Below, in pieces: positions 24,320-38,536 of a stretch of DNA of 64,000 bases. Every line of letters begins with the position of its first letter. Positions within the stretch are counted from its first letter, which is position 1. The stretch comes from Lingula anatina (Eukaryota; Animalia; Brachiopoda), in contig CM120644.1 of the NCBI GenBank assembly GCA_051362555.1, positions 17,382,534 through 17,446,533 on the forward strand. Direction: 5' to 3'. The notes beneath the pieces were generated by a model. The model saw only the letters and a program-made list of their open reading frames with translations. It was not told the origin of the DNA and made no database searches. A program made the position numbers and the translations under genes.

Positions 24320-25401
24320 GTAAACAATCAAAAGAAAAGGGAAACTGTTGAAAGATAACGATGTTTTCTGTTGGCTAAGTTAATGACATTTCATCTTAAA
24401 CATGACTTAGACAAGAGAATGGTTTCATTTTTATAACATATGTATTTTAACACTATCAGGAAATGTTTATCTTCGTATTTGTCATCATGTTTGACGTTAG
24501 TGTTACTGTCTAAGTGATGACAGTGACAGCATTACACCTGCCATATGAGTCATACATTTGCGACATACGCTTTGTCATCATTCAACAAAGTTTTCTTTAT
24601 TTCTCTGTTATATGTACACGTCAGACTATGACTCCATGCGGGTGAAAGTCCTTGCTTGGGGTATTAGGAAATCAGTTTTGTGATAAAGTCAGAGCCCATA
24701 AAATTTATCATCCACACGTCCCAGAGGTATTGTAATGTGCTGTTGACAGTTCTAGAGAAAATTGAGCAAAGTTGATCCAGCAGCTTAAGTGAATATTGAT
24801 TGTTGAAGGACTTTTTTCTACTTTCTTTCACTCTTTCACCTTTTGTTTTCAAGTAACCTGAATTTTTTGATCCATGTGTTGGCAGACCAATGAGCACCAT
24901 GTACATGCACCCGTGTCTTCATTGGAATAGGGGGTGAACTTAAGGCCTGAGGTATTTTGCTGTTGACCAAAGGTCTTGAATATCTTATTTGGTGAACAGA
25001 AATCAAAAGGTAAGTACAAGTTTACAAAGAACTGAACATGCCATTGAAAAAGAAAGTGACATACATGTATTTGTACTGTACAGATACAGTTTGCTCTATG
25101 TGGGTTAAAGTGAACTGTTTTTCATAGTATGTTACTGAATACCAGTACCATGATATCAAATACCTAGTTGCCCGTTTGTTAAAGTAATTTTTATAAAAAA
25201 AATCAAGGTGTACTCAAAGCTGATAATGAGAAATTCAATATATTGTATATGAGAAGTACTAGTATAACAGTATACTGGGTATGTGCTTCCCGTGTTTCTT
25301 TTATTATTCAACTTATACAGTAATCCAGTTGGGTTTTTGTTTGCAATCAAGTTTCTAGGTAAAGCATCTTGTATATGGGTATTACTTTCAGTATAGACAC
25401 C

Positions 25402-26413
25402 ATGTTTGCCAACCTGTTTGGTAAGGGGAAGAAGAACAAGTCCCCAGCCAGTAACTCGCAGTTCCACGTGGCCAGGGTTGAGGATAAAGAGGAGGACGGG
25501 TTCTTATTGGTTGGAGAAACAGCTGTGGAGAGGACCACGGTTCACGCGGGTCAGCTCAGTCAGCAGAATTTACCACCTTCATATAGTCACTGTGCTTATG
25601 TAAGATATTATGTATATTATATTTATTTGCCACTGGGTCCAAGTTCACATACATGAGAACTTGAATTGGTAGTGGGTCAAAATTTAAAACAGAAAATTCT
25701 GGCCTATTTCAATTTGAAATGAATCTTTAGTAGCCCACTTAAGTGAGGTACAAAATATTGGTCTAAAACTTTGGCCTTTTTTTGCTTTCTATATGCGTGG
25801 TCAAATTTTCCAACTGAATGAACAATAAACTAAATGAAAGTAGTAAAGGAAGTATTGAAAATACATTTCATATCAACTGAGAAACATTTAAATGTGCTCT
25901 TTATTTATTTATTTATTTTCCTTGCAAGCTTGGAATTAACATATTTGTAGGTAAAATAATCAAAGTGGACAGTGTGTACATGTACAGAACCCTGCTCAAA
26001 TAGAGACAATCATACAAAGTTAATTTTTTTTCTTTTTTTAACACCAGGGTGTTTCCCAGCAGTCCCAGGTCAACCCTCCAAATTACAGCTGTGTCCAAGC
26101 TCACATGCAGCAGACGGGAGATTCCGTCCCCTCGCCACACTACTCACAGTACAACAATCAGCCAATGAGAACCTCTGTTACAGATTTCTCAAACTCGGCA
26201 GAATTTTCTGAGGTTGTGACCCCAAACACGGCCTCTGTATTGTCTGGGGTGCCTTTTCAATTGGCATATGGACTGGAAGTGGCTCTAAACACAGACAATC
26301 AAACACAGAGTCAGTTTTCAAGGATACAGTCACAGCCCGACTGGAGTCAATATGACTATGATTTTTCTTTGGAGAGAGGGGTGGTGAGGGAAGCATGGCA
26401 GAGTTGTGAATGA
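25402..26413 (+). CDS. UMAD1: UBAP1-MVB12-associated (UMA) domain protein 1, ESCRT-I associated
   Basis: Exons 25402-25599 (MFANLFGK..EEDGFLLVGET..LPPSYSHCAY) and 26048-26413 (..LSGVPFQLA..YDYDFSLERGVV..), joined in phase 0. The N-terminal DGFxLxGxT and the UMA motifs VPF and YDFxLE match UMAD1. Head-to-head with RPA3. Confidence 0.9.
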
Positions 26414-26455
26414 TCTGAGACTAGTTATTAAAGGGCACTTTTCTGATGTAATTAT

Positions 26456-26630
26456 CAGGGGCGGATTTAGGCCCTCTTCTGGGTCTTCCGGAAGATGGTC
26501 AGATTTTCAAGTTTACATTGACAGGTATCTAATTTTTCATATGTCGGAAGACGGTCAAAATGGAGGATGGATCAACAAAGGTAATTTGGAAGAATGTCAG
26601 AAAATACATGTAGCTCTGTATCCGCCCTTG
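26456..26630. mobile_element. ~175-bp MITE, TIR CAGGGG(G)CGGAT.., 5-bp TSD (attat)
   Basis: attat|CAGGGGGCGGAT...ATCCGCCCTTG|attat, located just after the UMAD1 stop codon. Confidence 0.75.
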
Positions 26631-27678
26631 ATTATCGTTACTTGTTCATCGATCCAACTGCGGGGGACTCTCTCTCTTGTTTCCAACATACTTAGTCACA
26701 AGCTTCTCTGTATTCTACTCAGTGACAATGTCAAGGGGAGGTGTGTTATATCACTTTATCTGATTACATTCAGCTAGAGTCATATTTTTTTCGTTGGAAA
26801 GGAGCCCTAAGACAGAACACTGGTGCAGTTTTAGAACTTAAAATGGGTAGGGGTTAGTAACACTGACTTAGCTCTATGAAAAGGTGATACAGGCATCTTG
26901 TAGCTCTTTGTCAGGGCTCCCATTGTGATCACTCTCCGGCAAGGCCCTGACTGGATCCTCATTCAGATCGCCCTTTGGGACCTCCCCTTCCCTGCCATCC
27001 CAGCTTGGGCCATTCATTACCATAAGCAGTGCTTCATTATCCATGACCAGAATGACCAAAAAAGTATAATGCTGTAGTAAAACTGGGCAGAAATTTACCG
27101 GGTAACTCATAGTAGACATATATTATGAGACTGGTCATTAGGGAGTATCTTCCCCATTGTCACACCCTTTAATGTTACTTGCCCCTTATAATACATATCC
27201 TCTCTCAGGGCTGTAGCCAGCAATTTCATGGGGGGGGGGGAGGGGGGGTTGTTCTGAAAAAGTGGACCTTTTACCATGAAACCTTCATGTACTTTAACTT
27301 AGATTTTTTGCCAACAGTGTACCTTTACCCCGGTAAAAACAGCAGTTAGGATGACCCGACCCCCGTTGCTATTGGCCTGTCTCTTTATGTCCCAATATTA
27401 GTTTATTCATAACAATTTTTACTTTCTTTATTTTAAATTATAACAAAAAATCAGTGGCAAAAGGTAAAAAAAAAAGGAAAATATGTCACACTGGCGAATA
27501 TAATACTGTGGAATGAGCCATTACTTTGAACAGGGATGTTTAGAAGAGTAAAAGAAAGGAGCATGAGTTTGTAACAAATTAATGATTGAAAACTTAAACA
27601 GATGTTGGCACACTGACCAGTTGTATGTGTATTCTGTATGAACTGTGGGCAAACTTTACCTAGGTAAAACAAACATAT

Positions 27679-27849
27679 CAGGGGCAGATTGAGGCTGTCT
27701 TCTGGGTCTTCCAGAAGATGCATCAGATTTTTCAAGTTTACATTATTGGGTATCTAATTTTTTTCTGTTGGAAGATGGTCAAAAATGGAGGATCAATCAA
27801 CAAAGATAAGTTGGAAGTCTGTGAAAAAATATTTCTGGATCCATCCCTG
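27679..27849. mobile_element. Second copy of the same MITE, 5-bp TSD (catat)
   Basis: catat|CAGGGGCAGAT...GGATCCATCCCTG|catat. The interior aligns with 26456-26630. Confidence 0.75.
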
Positions 27850-29597
27850 CATATCTCTTGATCCTCATGCCAACATTTTATGTGACAGTGAACAAAAGAT
27901 TTTGTGCTAGTTAAAAGGTGCCAACTTTTTTTTCCTGTGATATATCTTTTGCCTTTATATGATGTCAGAGAGAAGTTGATTGATTAAGATCTGATTCAGA
28001 TCATGCAATGTATGTACCGGTAATGTGCTAAGTGTCAAGAGGTTAAAATTATCAAGCTATTATATGATAGTATTTATCTTATGACGAATGAGAGTTAATG
28101 AATAACTGATAAGTCTGTAATGATACATGCCATCTTATTTCAATGACACATGGAAGAATGCTTCTTGATTCAACTGATGTAGTATTACTTCTACAGTGAC
28201 AAATTTAATTTCGCCACATAAAATGAGTGTTGATATGTAACTTTTAACTTTGTATAGATTGTATCTTTAGGTGGTGTTTAATGAGTTATTTACACCACTT
28301 CATATCTAAACATTTACTTGTTTATCCCACCTGGTGTATTTATTAATTTGTTTTGATGAATATCAGGAAAACAAGTATTAGTTATGATAGGTAAAATGTA
28401 CCAACATCATAGCTATAAAAATAAAATGTATGAATCAGTAAACAAAATTATAAAAAATGTATCATCAGGGAGTGACCAGGAGAGTTAATTCTTATTTCAG
28501 GTGTTTTTTTTTCCAAGTATTGATTGTTAAATTTTTCTGTATACAATGGCATTCTTGTGTTGCTGTAGGCTTCCATCATTATTTTATGATTATTATACAT
28601 ATCAATTAGTATTCAGTTTCTTGTGTGCAATATATCAGTATTTCTTTTGTATATTTTAATGTGCTATTTGCTGCATCAAGTGTAAGTTGAGATTCAATCC
28701 AGAATTAAGTATAAAACACCATATCATTATACCAATCAAATTTTTGGTGAATGTAAAATACATATTGATATATTCTCATATGTTATGTTATTATTCACAG
28801 TTTTTTCCCTTGATGCTTTGTTGACTGATGCAAGTATCATTTATAAAGAGTAAATGTTATAAAAGTCAAATAAATTGTTTAAAAATTTTTGTTTTTAATC
28901 AGCACTTGATTAATTAGACTGTACACAGTAGTGACTGTAATTTTAGTTCAAATTTAGAAAAAATGATAACATTTGGTGTCCATATATTAAATTCAAATCA
29001 ATTTTAAGTCTGTTTTCTAAAATACTTCTTATTTCTTGAACAGGATGGAGAAAATACTCCTCAAAATTCTAATGTTCATTTCATATTAATTTCAAATTCT
29101 CAAGGTACATAAACTTTCAGAAATACTAGCAAAAAGACATTAAAATAAGATTTGTTAAATATTCCTTTGTTGTTCAGTTATATGAATTAAGTATAACTAA
29201 TATCATTTGAATTTTATAATGGGCAAAAATGACCATACTTTCGGATACATAATTTTATAGTTATACTAAAAAATATTGTTAAATGGCATTTGTGGTGCTT
29301 TTAGTGCACTGAGTATAACTATGGATAACCCAGCTTTTTATGTACAGACACGTTCCTGTACATATAGCTGTCATTTGGATCTGTTGTCTCCAGGGCTGGA
29401 CACCGTTTTACCATTTCTCTTCAAACTTATGGAACTGTTGAATATTTATTTAAGAAACATTAAATGTGTTTATTTACATTTAGAGTCTCATTCAACTAGA
29501 ATGTGAATTTCTGTGGACGTTTGATTCCTGCTTACAAACGCACACACTTAAACAATATGCTAAGCTACCGATTGCAGCAGAGAAGATCATTTCTGTT

Positions 29598-29616
29598 CCC
29601 CTCCAGATGGCGCTAT
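29598..29616 (+). promoter_or_regulatory. CTCF-like binding site
   Basis: CCCCTCCAGATGGCGCTAT closely matches the CTCF core CC(A/T)CYAGRKGGCGC and stands out in AT-rich intergenic DNA. Confidence 0.55.
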
Positions 29617-32600
29617 AGTACGGTTTGCTTTGTCAAACTTGACAAAAACTGCTCAGATTGCAGCATGCAGTAGACCATATAAGGATAGCCAGTGACCTAC
29701 ATAATGCCGTTTTACTTCAAGGTGTGAAAGGGTCTGAGATTTCTTTTAATTAATTTAATCTAGTGAATTCTGAAACATGCTGGAAACAAAAACTTATTGT
29801 GCATTACTATTTTAGTACATTTTTAATCAAAATTTGTCTGGCAAATTATGGTAATTGATAAATAGCAAGGGTGGTCACCTAGCTCTTCCTGCCTCCTACC
29901 CCCATGGATTATTTGAAACCTGAACTCTAGGAGGAGATATCACTTCTTCAGTTTTGAGTGACCAGGGTGTGGATGCCAGGCGGCCAGGATACCAAGTATA
30001 TGGATATTTCAGTTTTAATCGATTCAACTAAACGTTCTAAGGCAAACGTTTTAGGTATTTTTCTAAAACTTATCTTTGATGTATTTAATTTTTTTACGCC
30101 TGCGCGTTGAGCATTGGGTTATGCCATCCACAAATAATTTCCCCGCGTGTTATTTTGTCCTCCATGACTAATTTATTTCATCAAGTACCTCGTGTCAGTG
30201 AAATAGCAGTTTTGCCTTATGTTAACTACGGAATTGTAAACTACAACGATAGAATTAGTAGTGGACGTAAAGTCAAACATGAAAAATAGTCAAGATGGGG
30301 AAAATTCTGTGGAATGGCTCTTCTAGAATTTTTGCTGTTGAAATGTAATGAGTGGTTTTTAATTAAACTATGTCATAATTATAGTGCAGCAAAATAGTCA
30401 CATTTGAAAATTGAAGGTTAAGTGATACTTTCATTTCTAATTTTGGCATGATTTCCCAAATAATACCATAATATGTATTAATATTCCGACTCATTGAAGT
30501 ATGTAAGCAGCCATATTAGAGGCATAGGGGGCGAATTGCTAGCCAATTTATAAGTAATGCTTGAACTAAAGTTTGATATTTCTCATTTAAGACTAAAGAA
30601 ATATAATGTCAATATCACGTCGTCTAATCAAAACGCTCTGTCCAAAGCAATTTACAATGATTTTTACCGCCGAATTTTGAAGCCTTTTGTAAAAGAATCA
30701 AATCGCAGCATATTTAACACTGTGTATTCATTAGTAACAAGATTTGTTTTATTTTCCCAAAGAATAAAACTGCCCCTTGTGCTTTAAACGTCTTTTACTA
30801 TAATGATGAGTCTTAGTTTGCTTTCGTGACATTTATAGAACTATTTATGCTATGCTTTAGCAAGGCTGCAAGTTGTGGCTTGACGTTTATTTTAATGGAA
30901 ATATAATGCTAAAATACGGAATACTTGTTTTTTTTTAGTCCAGGAAATCTCGCAAATGAAGCTCCAATTGACATTTTCACCAAAAGACGAAAAAAAGGAA
31001 CCTTGAAAACTTTGTTCACGTTATTTTGACGTATGGTGATTTATACAAGGTAGAACTTATCCACGTTCTTAAAATTGCTTTGAAGAGAAATAAATCAATC
31101 TGAAGCAGTCTTATGTTATTGATATTACAAATGATACATAATCAGTTCAATCCATCTCTGAAAAATTGTTTAATGCTTAGTTTTCAAATTTTTTCACTCG
31201 GAACTTGGCATATGCAATTTTTAACTCTTTTCGAACTCCTGGAATTAAATTCTTAAGGCAAAATTAAAATCTGGAGATTACAGCAATTTTCCCTTCAATT
31301 TTACTTAAAAAAGGAAAACGACGATCTGAACACCCCATTTGGGCTTACAAATTCCTGTCATTCATGTGACCACGCGTGAAATTCGTAAGTCTTTATCTCA
31401 TCTTATCTTTATCTCAGCGAGGGTAACTCAAAATCTAGTGGCTTAAATCTCGTATCTGTATAATCTTTTAAAGCTTGAAAACTTGCTGTTTTAATTGCTG
31501 TGTGAAAAGTGTCATTTGTTCGGACCACAACTGGTCATTTTGTTTGAGTTGTGTGGTTTGTTAAGTTCACACATTTAAGCCAAATTCTCGAAAATTACAT
31601 TCAGTTGCATACTTTTTTTTCTAATCCAAGTCTACCTGTAAAACTGTACGTACGGTACATATAAAACGACTTTTGTTATTTATCTCTTGTCTGGATTGTA
31701 ATCCTACTATCACCGATTTTCTAAAGTTTAAGTGAAGAGTGTATGTCATTTTTTGTAATTACATGTATTTGTTAATTATGATTATGGCATTAATTTGTTG
31801 ACCAAAATTTCACTTTTGCATAAAGATGGAAGGAAAAGTCATATGTGACCCAGTTTCCCATTTTCAAAACTTTGCTGCTTAAAACAATTCTATCTCAGCA
31901 GTATCTTCAGTATATCGAACAGCAGATGCGGAAATGATGTATATGTTCTCGTAATGCAGAACATTTATGCTCGGAAAGTAACAAACCATTTGTTACAAGT
32001 TTTTGGACTTCAAAATATAAGTGCAAAGTGGTCTAAGTATACAGTATATCATGATTTGTCCTTCCATTTTGCTTAGGTTTGATAATTACAAATGTTGCAA
32101 TTGCTAATTTGCTTTTATTCAATTATCGATGTTTGTATAGGAATTTTTCACATTTCGCATTTGAACGTATCAATTGCTGTTCAATGTTAAATATTTATTT
32201 CACAAACAATAACTGTTGGAATTTTATATCGTATTGAATGTAGGAAAAGCTTTATCCTGGAAATTTTTCACAGGACCTTATGGTTATAATAATAAAAAAA
32301 CAATGGCAGATACATGGTATTTTAAAAGGATGTCATATTTTGAAATGCTTAGCAATTAGGAGTGTTTTGTGACTTTTTGAGTTATATGATATCAGAGCGA
32401 GTATTTTCCGTTTTTTTCCTGCGGCGATTTAAGTGTGATACAGCTACCAGATCTGCCGTAGTTTTTGTTAAAAAGGAAATGATTAAAAAAAAAATGATTG
32501 TCATTTTTATCTGAAATAATTTGTTTTATTTTATAACAAGATCAAACATTAGTCAAGTATTTCGTTAGATTATTATTTATCTAATCAGACTTGAGCGAGT

Positions 32601-35232
32601 CTTTATGCAGATATCAATATTTTTGTTTTTCACATCTGAATGTTCAAAATTTCTTGTGATTAAAATATTTTAACATGTGGATGATTGAAGATATGAGAAT
32701 ACCCCAATGGCAGTTTATTTTGCTCCAAATAAAATATTTTACAATTAGATGCAAAATGGTTTAGCGTTTTTATTGGCTCGGCGGAACTCTAAGGGTGGGG
32801 GTTCGATTCGGGTACCAAGCCTGTCTTTCTCAATCACCCCTTGCCCCCCTCTCCCCCTCCAAATAATTATAATAAAATAAAATATATAAGATTTAATTAC
32901 AGAAGGGCTTTAATTAGAACGCTCATGTGTACGTACATTTGAGGCACTTTTGTCACTTTAGAAATTTCAAACCAAAAGAAGTATTAAAGTTTACATAAAC
33001 TTTGGTAGAATATTGAATTTGCTAATTAGAGGAACAAAATATTTTGAAATTTTAGGTGATAATTCCGTAAAATTCTTAAATGTCCAAACTGTGTGGACTT
33101 TAGCGTAAGAGATGAAATAACAAATACTATAATTTAATTTTAAAAAAATGTTTGAGCAAAATTGACAAAAGTTAACGGTTTAAAATTTCAGTGAATCCTT
33201 TAAGAATTCTTATTACCTCCCGAAAATTGGGCTTTGCGACAGCTCAAGTGATTTTGAACATTTGGAACGCAAAAGGCTATTATTGATATCAGTCCTACAG
33301 TAACATTCAAATGGGCAAACGATATCTTAACAATATCTTAAGTTCTTTTCCCATTTTTAGTTTATAGACGCTTCTGTATTGTAATACAAATCCTAAGCAG
33401 CATTTTTAAATGTTAAATGTTTAAATGATCCCAATCCTGGGATTTTCGTACAGTGCCTTCAGTTGCCAACGCTATGCACAGTTTTCTTATTATATAAGCA
33501 ACAAAGATTTCCATTCTACTACTGCAATATTAAATTAATTTTTATTTCGGATGACAATCTTGACCCCACCCCATGGTTTAACTTTTTTCAGAAAACAGAT
33601 ATATTCGATCCCCGCCCATCACTGGAAACACTGAGAACCAGAGGAAGTTTATTCACAACCAAAGCGCCATATTCGTTATAGTACATGTGGACAATTCTGC
33701 AGTAACGTGGACACATTTTGGTGGTTACCTAATTTTGGTATTTCTAAGACGCATATACATGTACGTTTTACTGACAGAAATAATCTTTTTTTGATAAACA
33801 TTTCTTTCTCTTTTTCGACTGAACTCGCAATAAATGTTATTCACATTTTTGTATATGATTTTTATGTAAAGTAATTGCAATGTCTTTCCTTCCCAGGAAT
33901 CAACACCATTTAAAATGAATAAGAGTACGTACATCTTCAAGTTCACATCGAGGTGTCAAGTTGCAGATTTGCCCACACATATTTTCATTGACAAATAGAA
34001 AACATTTCTCTTCTTGGATATTAATATTTGATAATTTTAAAACAATCCGTTTATCATTTTTAGACAGACATTATTTCTGTTAAATTAGAAATTCAAATCT
34101 AACGTTTCAGGTTTGGAAAGGGTCGCTTATCGACTCCGACCCAAAAGTATACATAAATTACCCTTATAACACTATGATCAGAGAGAACAATGTACTACGA
34201 CATAGTAAGATAAATTAACCAAAAGAAACAAACCAGCATCATGCAGGGCGGGCGCTTAGTATGGATATAATTTCTATGAGAAGTTTCATTAATGAAAAGC
34301 TTATTATATTCGACTTTTAATTTGATATACATGTACCTTTGGTACATCTTAATTACGGCTGAATTGCGATGGTGAATTTAGTGCTTCGGTGAGGAATTCC
34401 ATTGTTTGCTCTACATGTAGTTTGCAATGACACCGTTTAGCACTTTTTACTGGTACGAAGAAAAGTGAGTGCTAGAATCTCCTTATCGGATGTAATGATG
34501 ATGGTATTTTCATTAGGGTGAGACTAAAATAAAATTTTTTTAATATTGATTATGTCAGTGGGCTAAAGAAGTAAAGCAAGCCGTTCATTTTTAGCTTGAA
34601 ACATTCTTGTGCTGAAAACTGCTGGTATGAGTAAGATTTTCAGCGTCATAAATTTATCTCTCATGTTATTCAGAGCATAGGACGCATTATGTGGAAGTGT
34701 GATAACTGCGCCCACCAGTATTTTCTGCCATCCTCTTTTTATTGAAACTTATTGCTTCGACCTGTATATAAAGCTTTTTTAGTTGAACAACGTCAAACTG
34801 TATTTATTAAAACTGAAAAGACGAACATAAAATCATAAGAACATGAAAGCTGTCGATATTTTGTTTTCCGTTGGCTTGGCCATTCACTACTTTAACTCAT
34901 CCCCCCCCCCCCCCCCCCCCGTACCCAGAAAAACGTTTAACCAATGAAACGAGCCAAAACGAAGCAAAAATTTCAGCCTCCCGTATTATGGCAGAAAATC
35001 AGCTGTTATTATAAAACCCGTGCGTCGCGCATCTAGCACATTGTGTTTTCCCATCTTTTCATCTCTCTAACGCAATCATCGTCTCGCAATCCACATCAGC
35101 TGTATTGTTATTCAAATTAGACGAACCCCAGGTGATAGGTAGTCAGGAGATCGTGATGGAGGACACAGATTCCGAAACGTGGTGGTGATTCTCGTGGATA
35201 ATATATGGTATATTCAAAGCTGCTTGCTTGAA

Positions 35233-35248
35233 ATGGACACAACAACTG
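35233..35248 (+). other. Candidate first coding exon (MDTTT, phase 1) of an unidentified gene upstream of the array
   Basis: gaaATGGACACAACAACTG|gtaagt with a perfect donor, downstream of a CpG-richer patch (~35020-35090). A strong acceptor (ttttattctag) follows at 35721. Confidence 0.4.
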
Positions 35249-35414
35249 GTAAGTGAAACATGCATGTTGCTTTTGTCAATATTGTAACGGATACTGGAAA
35301 GTCAACTTCTTGTGAGAAGGACATATTCAAAGTGTACCCTCATGTCAGTTGAGCTCGAGATGATTATGTAATCACCACATTACAAGGGTTGGGGAGTTGG
35401 GGGCAGTTTACCTG

Positions 35415-35561
35415 GCCCCCGTAACTCGAAAGCATCGCGCATTGCGACCAAGCGCAAGCGTCTCTATTCCATAACTCCCCCCTACTCGCCCCATATAATA
35501 CATTGTAGCCTCTATGTGATATCGCTATTCGCAGTGCGCGATACTTTCGAGCTCAGGAGCC
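35415..35561. mobile_element. Harbinger-like MITE (CTG TSD)
   Basis: ctg|GCCCCCGTAACTCGAAAGCATCGC...GCGATACTTTCGAGCTCAGGAGCC|ctg. Confidence 0.7.
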
Positions 35562-35807
35562 CTGGTGGGCAAGTCGAGAAATGTCTACATAAAATACCCG
35601 ACTATCTTTGCATTTCGTACATATTGTGAGGGTTTACTGTATGCTCTTGTAATACTTAAAATGTTTGGCGACATCAAATAAAAATTAAAAAGTACTTATG
35701 TTATATTTCTTTTTATTCTAGTCGCCAATGCCCGCAGGAGACAAGGATGCGCAGGAGAAGTGACAGCGCTTCTGTCGCACCATCTGCTATCAACATCACC
35801 ATGTTAG

Positions 35808-36043
35808 ACTGGGTTCCCATGCTTAGATCGATCCATGCGGATCGACCTAAACCCCTGGGGGTCCATGCTAAATTGCTTAAATTGTTAAATCAGCTTAAAA
35901 GGCTTAAATGTTCGTCACGCCTACCAAATCAGCCAGAGGGGTAATTTACTTTCCTGTACGCTCGGCCAAGTCGATAGCAGATAGCAATTTAGTGAGACTC
36001 CCCATGGAGATAGATCGATCCAAATATATGTAAGAATGGTCCA
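35808..36043. mobile_element. MITE-like repeat (second family)
   Basis: Aligns with 36541-36738 and 23047-23201. Confidence 0.55.
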
Positions 36044-36540
36044 TTAGACGAACAATACACGCATGTGGGATGAAACTGAAATGCAACCGGCGTGAAGTTC
36101 AAAATTTTACTTACTTTTTTTTGGTTTTGTGGGGGTGACCTATTTTTATGTGTATGGAGAAAATTTTATATGTATAGCAATTCTTATCATGTATGAATTA
36201 TAATGCCTGCTCGATTCCTACCTTTGTAACATCAGAACGTTGGAATAGCACACTCATTTATTAATTTTTTGTATTTAGGCCCACAAAACAGTGACGATTA
36301 ATTCGATAAAAGTTCTGAGATTTCAAAGCATGTTTGATGGTATGAAAATCTGTATTCTAGACATAAATTGTTTTGCGCCCTGTTACATAGGTATTTCTTT
36401 TATGAAATAATAGGTCTTTCTGCCCGAGTTAAAAAAATCGGGTCCTAATTATAATTATCACAGCACCTTAGATAATATTGAATTCATATATGTGATACAG
36501 AACATGATTGTAACAGACAACTTTTTTTATTAATTTTTGA

Positions 36541-36738
36541 CTGGGTTCCCATACCTAGATCGATCCATCTGAATCGACCTAACTCACTGGAGGGTTCGTG
36601 CTTAATTGTTATCAGCTTAAGAACTCAAATGTCTGTCACGCCTACCGAATCAGCTCTTGCACACTTAGCCTCGCCTAGCAATTTAGTTAGATTCCCCATG
36701 GAGATAGAACGATCCAAATATCTGTGGGAATGGTCCCT
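36541..36738. mobile_element. MITE-like repeat (second family)
   Basis: ctgggttcccata...tgtgggaatggtccc with imperfect inverted termini. Aligns with 35808-36043. Confidence 0.55.
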
Positions 36739-37880
36739 TTGATCAACTCTGGCCAGCTAAAGAAGCATTTTGCACGTGTCTATCTGCCAATTCTGGAATT
36801 GTGAATGTGCAGCAATCGGAACTCAAAGTGCAGTGCCATTTTGACACTATTGAAGTGCAAAACAATACCCAGTTTTAACGAGTGTGCACATTTAGAAATA
36901 TACTGAAATTATTTGAATGGTGGAGGCAAATGTATTAATCAAGCAAAAATTTGAACGATGTCACATTACCCTTCGATGCATGGTAATTGAATGACGTAAT
37001 AAACTCGAAATCATTCAGGCATATGAAAAAACTGTGCATGCGAAATTCGAGCTATAGAGGTCAAGAAGGTGATATCGCTCCCTCACGGTAATGCCCGCAT
37101 TATGAAGCAGTGTATAATATTTTTGTTAAATGTGGGGAAACCACACCCAACATTCAATGTACGTAGTTACAAACATATATTAATATGTATTTGATGTTTT
37201 TTAATAGAGAAGCCCAAAGCCATTGTGTTGGTCACATTTGTTTAAAATGCCTTTCAGAAAAGGCAGTTATCGATTAACTTAATCAATTGAATACGTAAGA
37301 AAACTTTGAAAATGAGCGACATGTTTTGAGCACCATATGCTAAAGATTGTATTGTAGTCTACATTTAGTACCGTCTCAATGAAGTCACGTGCAATTGTCT
37401 AAAAGATACATTTTCTTCAGTACGTACTGGTCGTAGACTGTAAAAAATATCATGGTAAGACTTAGTTTTTGTGCCACATTAAAATTCTAAATCTGATATC
37501 AGTTGGTATCAGGTCAATTGTTAGCATAGGTTAGCATGCCTCTCTGTAGCAGATGTAATGTTGTAATTCTGATATTGAATCATTCATATGTTCATAAATA
37601 AAATAAATAAATCTAAACAACCTGGGGTAATATTTCAGTAGTTTTTTTTCACATTTCACTCTTCAATGGATGTATATATAAAATTCGAATAAAAGATCAA
37701 AGAAAAAAGTTTTATCGGTTTAATTTTTGTTGGACTCGATCTTCTTCTCTTATACCTCCTCCTCTTGTCCTTTTAAAAGTCGGAAGTGTTACCGACTTCG
37801 CTAATCGGCCAGGGAGAAATCGCACCGTTCAAATGAAACCTTCATAGAAAACTCCTTGGACCACTTTTTTTCTACAAAAT

Positions 37881-37953
37881 GAGAACTCTGTAGGACTCGA
37901 TCCTGTCATCTTCTGGTTCCCAGTCTGACACGTTACCGGTTCGTCTATTCCCC
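37881..37953 (-). repeat. tRNA-like sequence, probably a degenerate tRNA-derived SINE head
   Basis: Minus strand shows an A-box-like tagacgaaccgg and a B-box-like ggatcgagtcc at tRNA spacing. The stems are too poor for a functional tRNA. Confidence 0.35.
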
Positions 37954-38388
37954 CAACCACCCACCCTAAACTTTCGATCTTCCCTTTATAGTTACTGATG
38001 ACGTAGGCCAAACCATTGGCATGTTTCAATAGTAACTAAGTACAAAATGAATCGGTATGGTATTTACAGATTTCAAAGTGAAAAATACGCAAGGAAAAAA
38101 ATAGCTGTTTTTTTAAGTAATCGCTTTAAAACATTTTTTTCGATATTAAAGCAAGTACATGTAATTTAGTAAAATAGTAATATCTTAATTTTACAAAGTG
38201 TTCCTAAAGTTTTTAATCTCCAAACCGAGAAGTTCAGGAATTATGTTTATTGTTAAATTGATGAATATCATCGCTGAAAATTTGGCCCCAGATTTTCTCG
38301 CGCGTTTCAGGTGACACTGGATAACATTTTAATTAAAACTGAGGTCCCAGAGTAAATAATGGATAAAAAAATGCTACACGAACATTAG

Positions 38389-38536
38389 GGCTTCGTAACT
38401 CGAAAGCATCGTGTATTGCGACCGAGCGCAAGCACCTAGATTCCATAATTCGCCCATACTTGCCCCATATAAATACATTGAAGCCTTTATGTGATATCGC
38501 TATTTGCAATAGACAATGCTTTCGAGTTACGGAGCC
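38389..38536. mobile_element. Harbinger-like MITE
   Basis: GGCTTCGTAACTCGAAAGCAT...ATGCTTTCGAGTTACGGAGCC TIRs, same family as 22473-22619. Confidence 0.7.

Noticed and set aside
30100-30290. Possible SINE 3' portion
   Set aside because: It resembles invertebrate SINE tails only loosely, with no second copy or TSD in the window.
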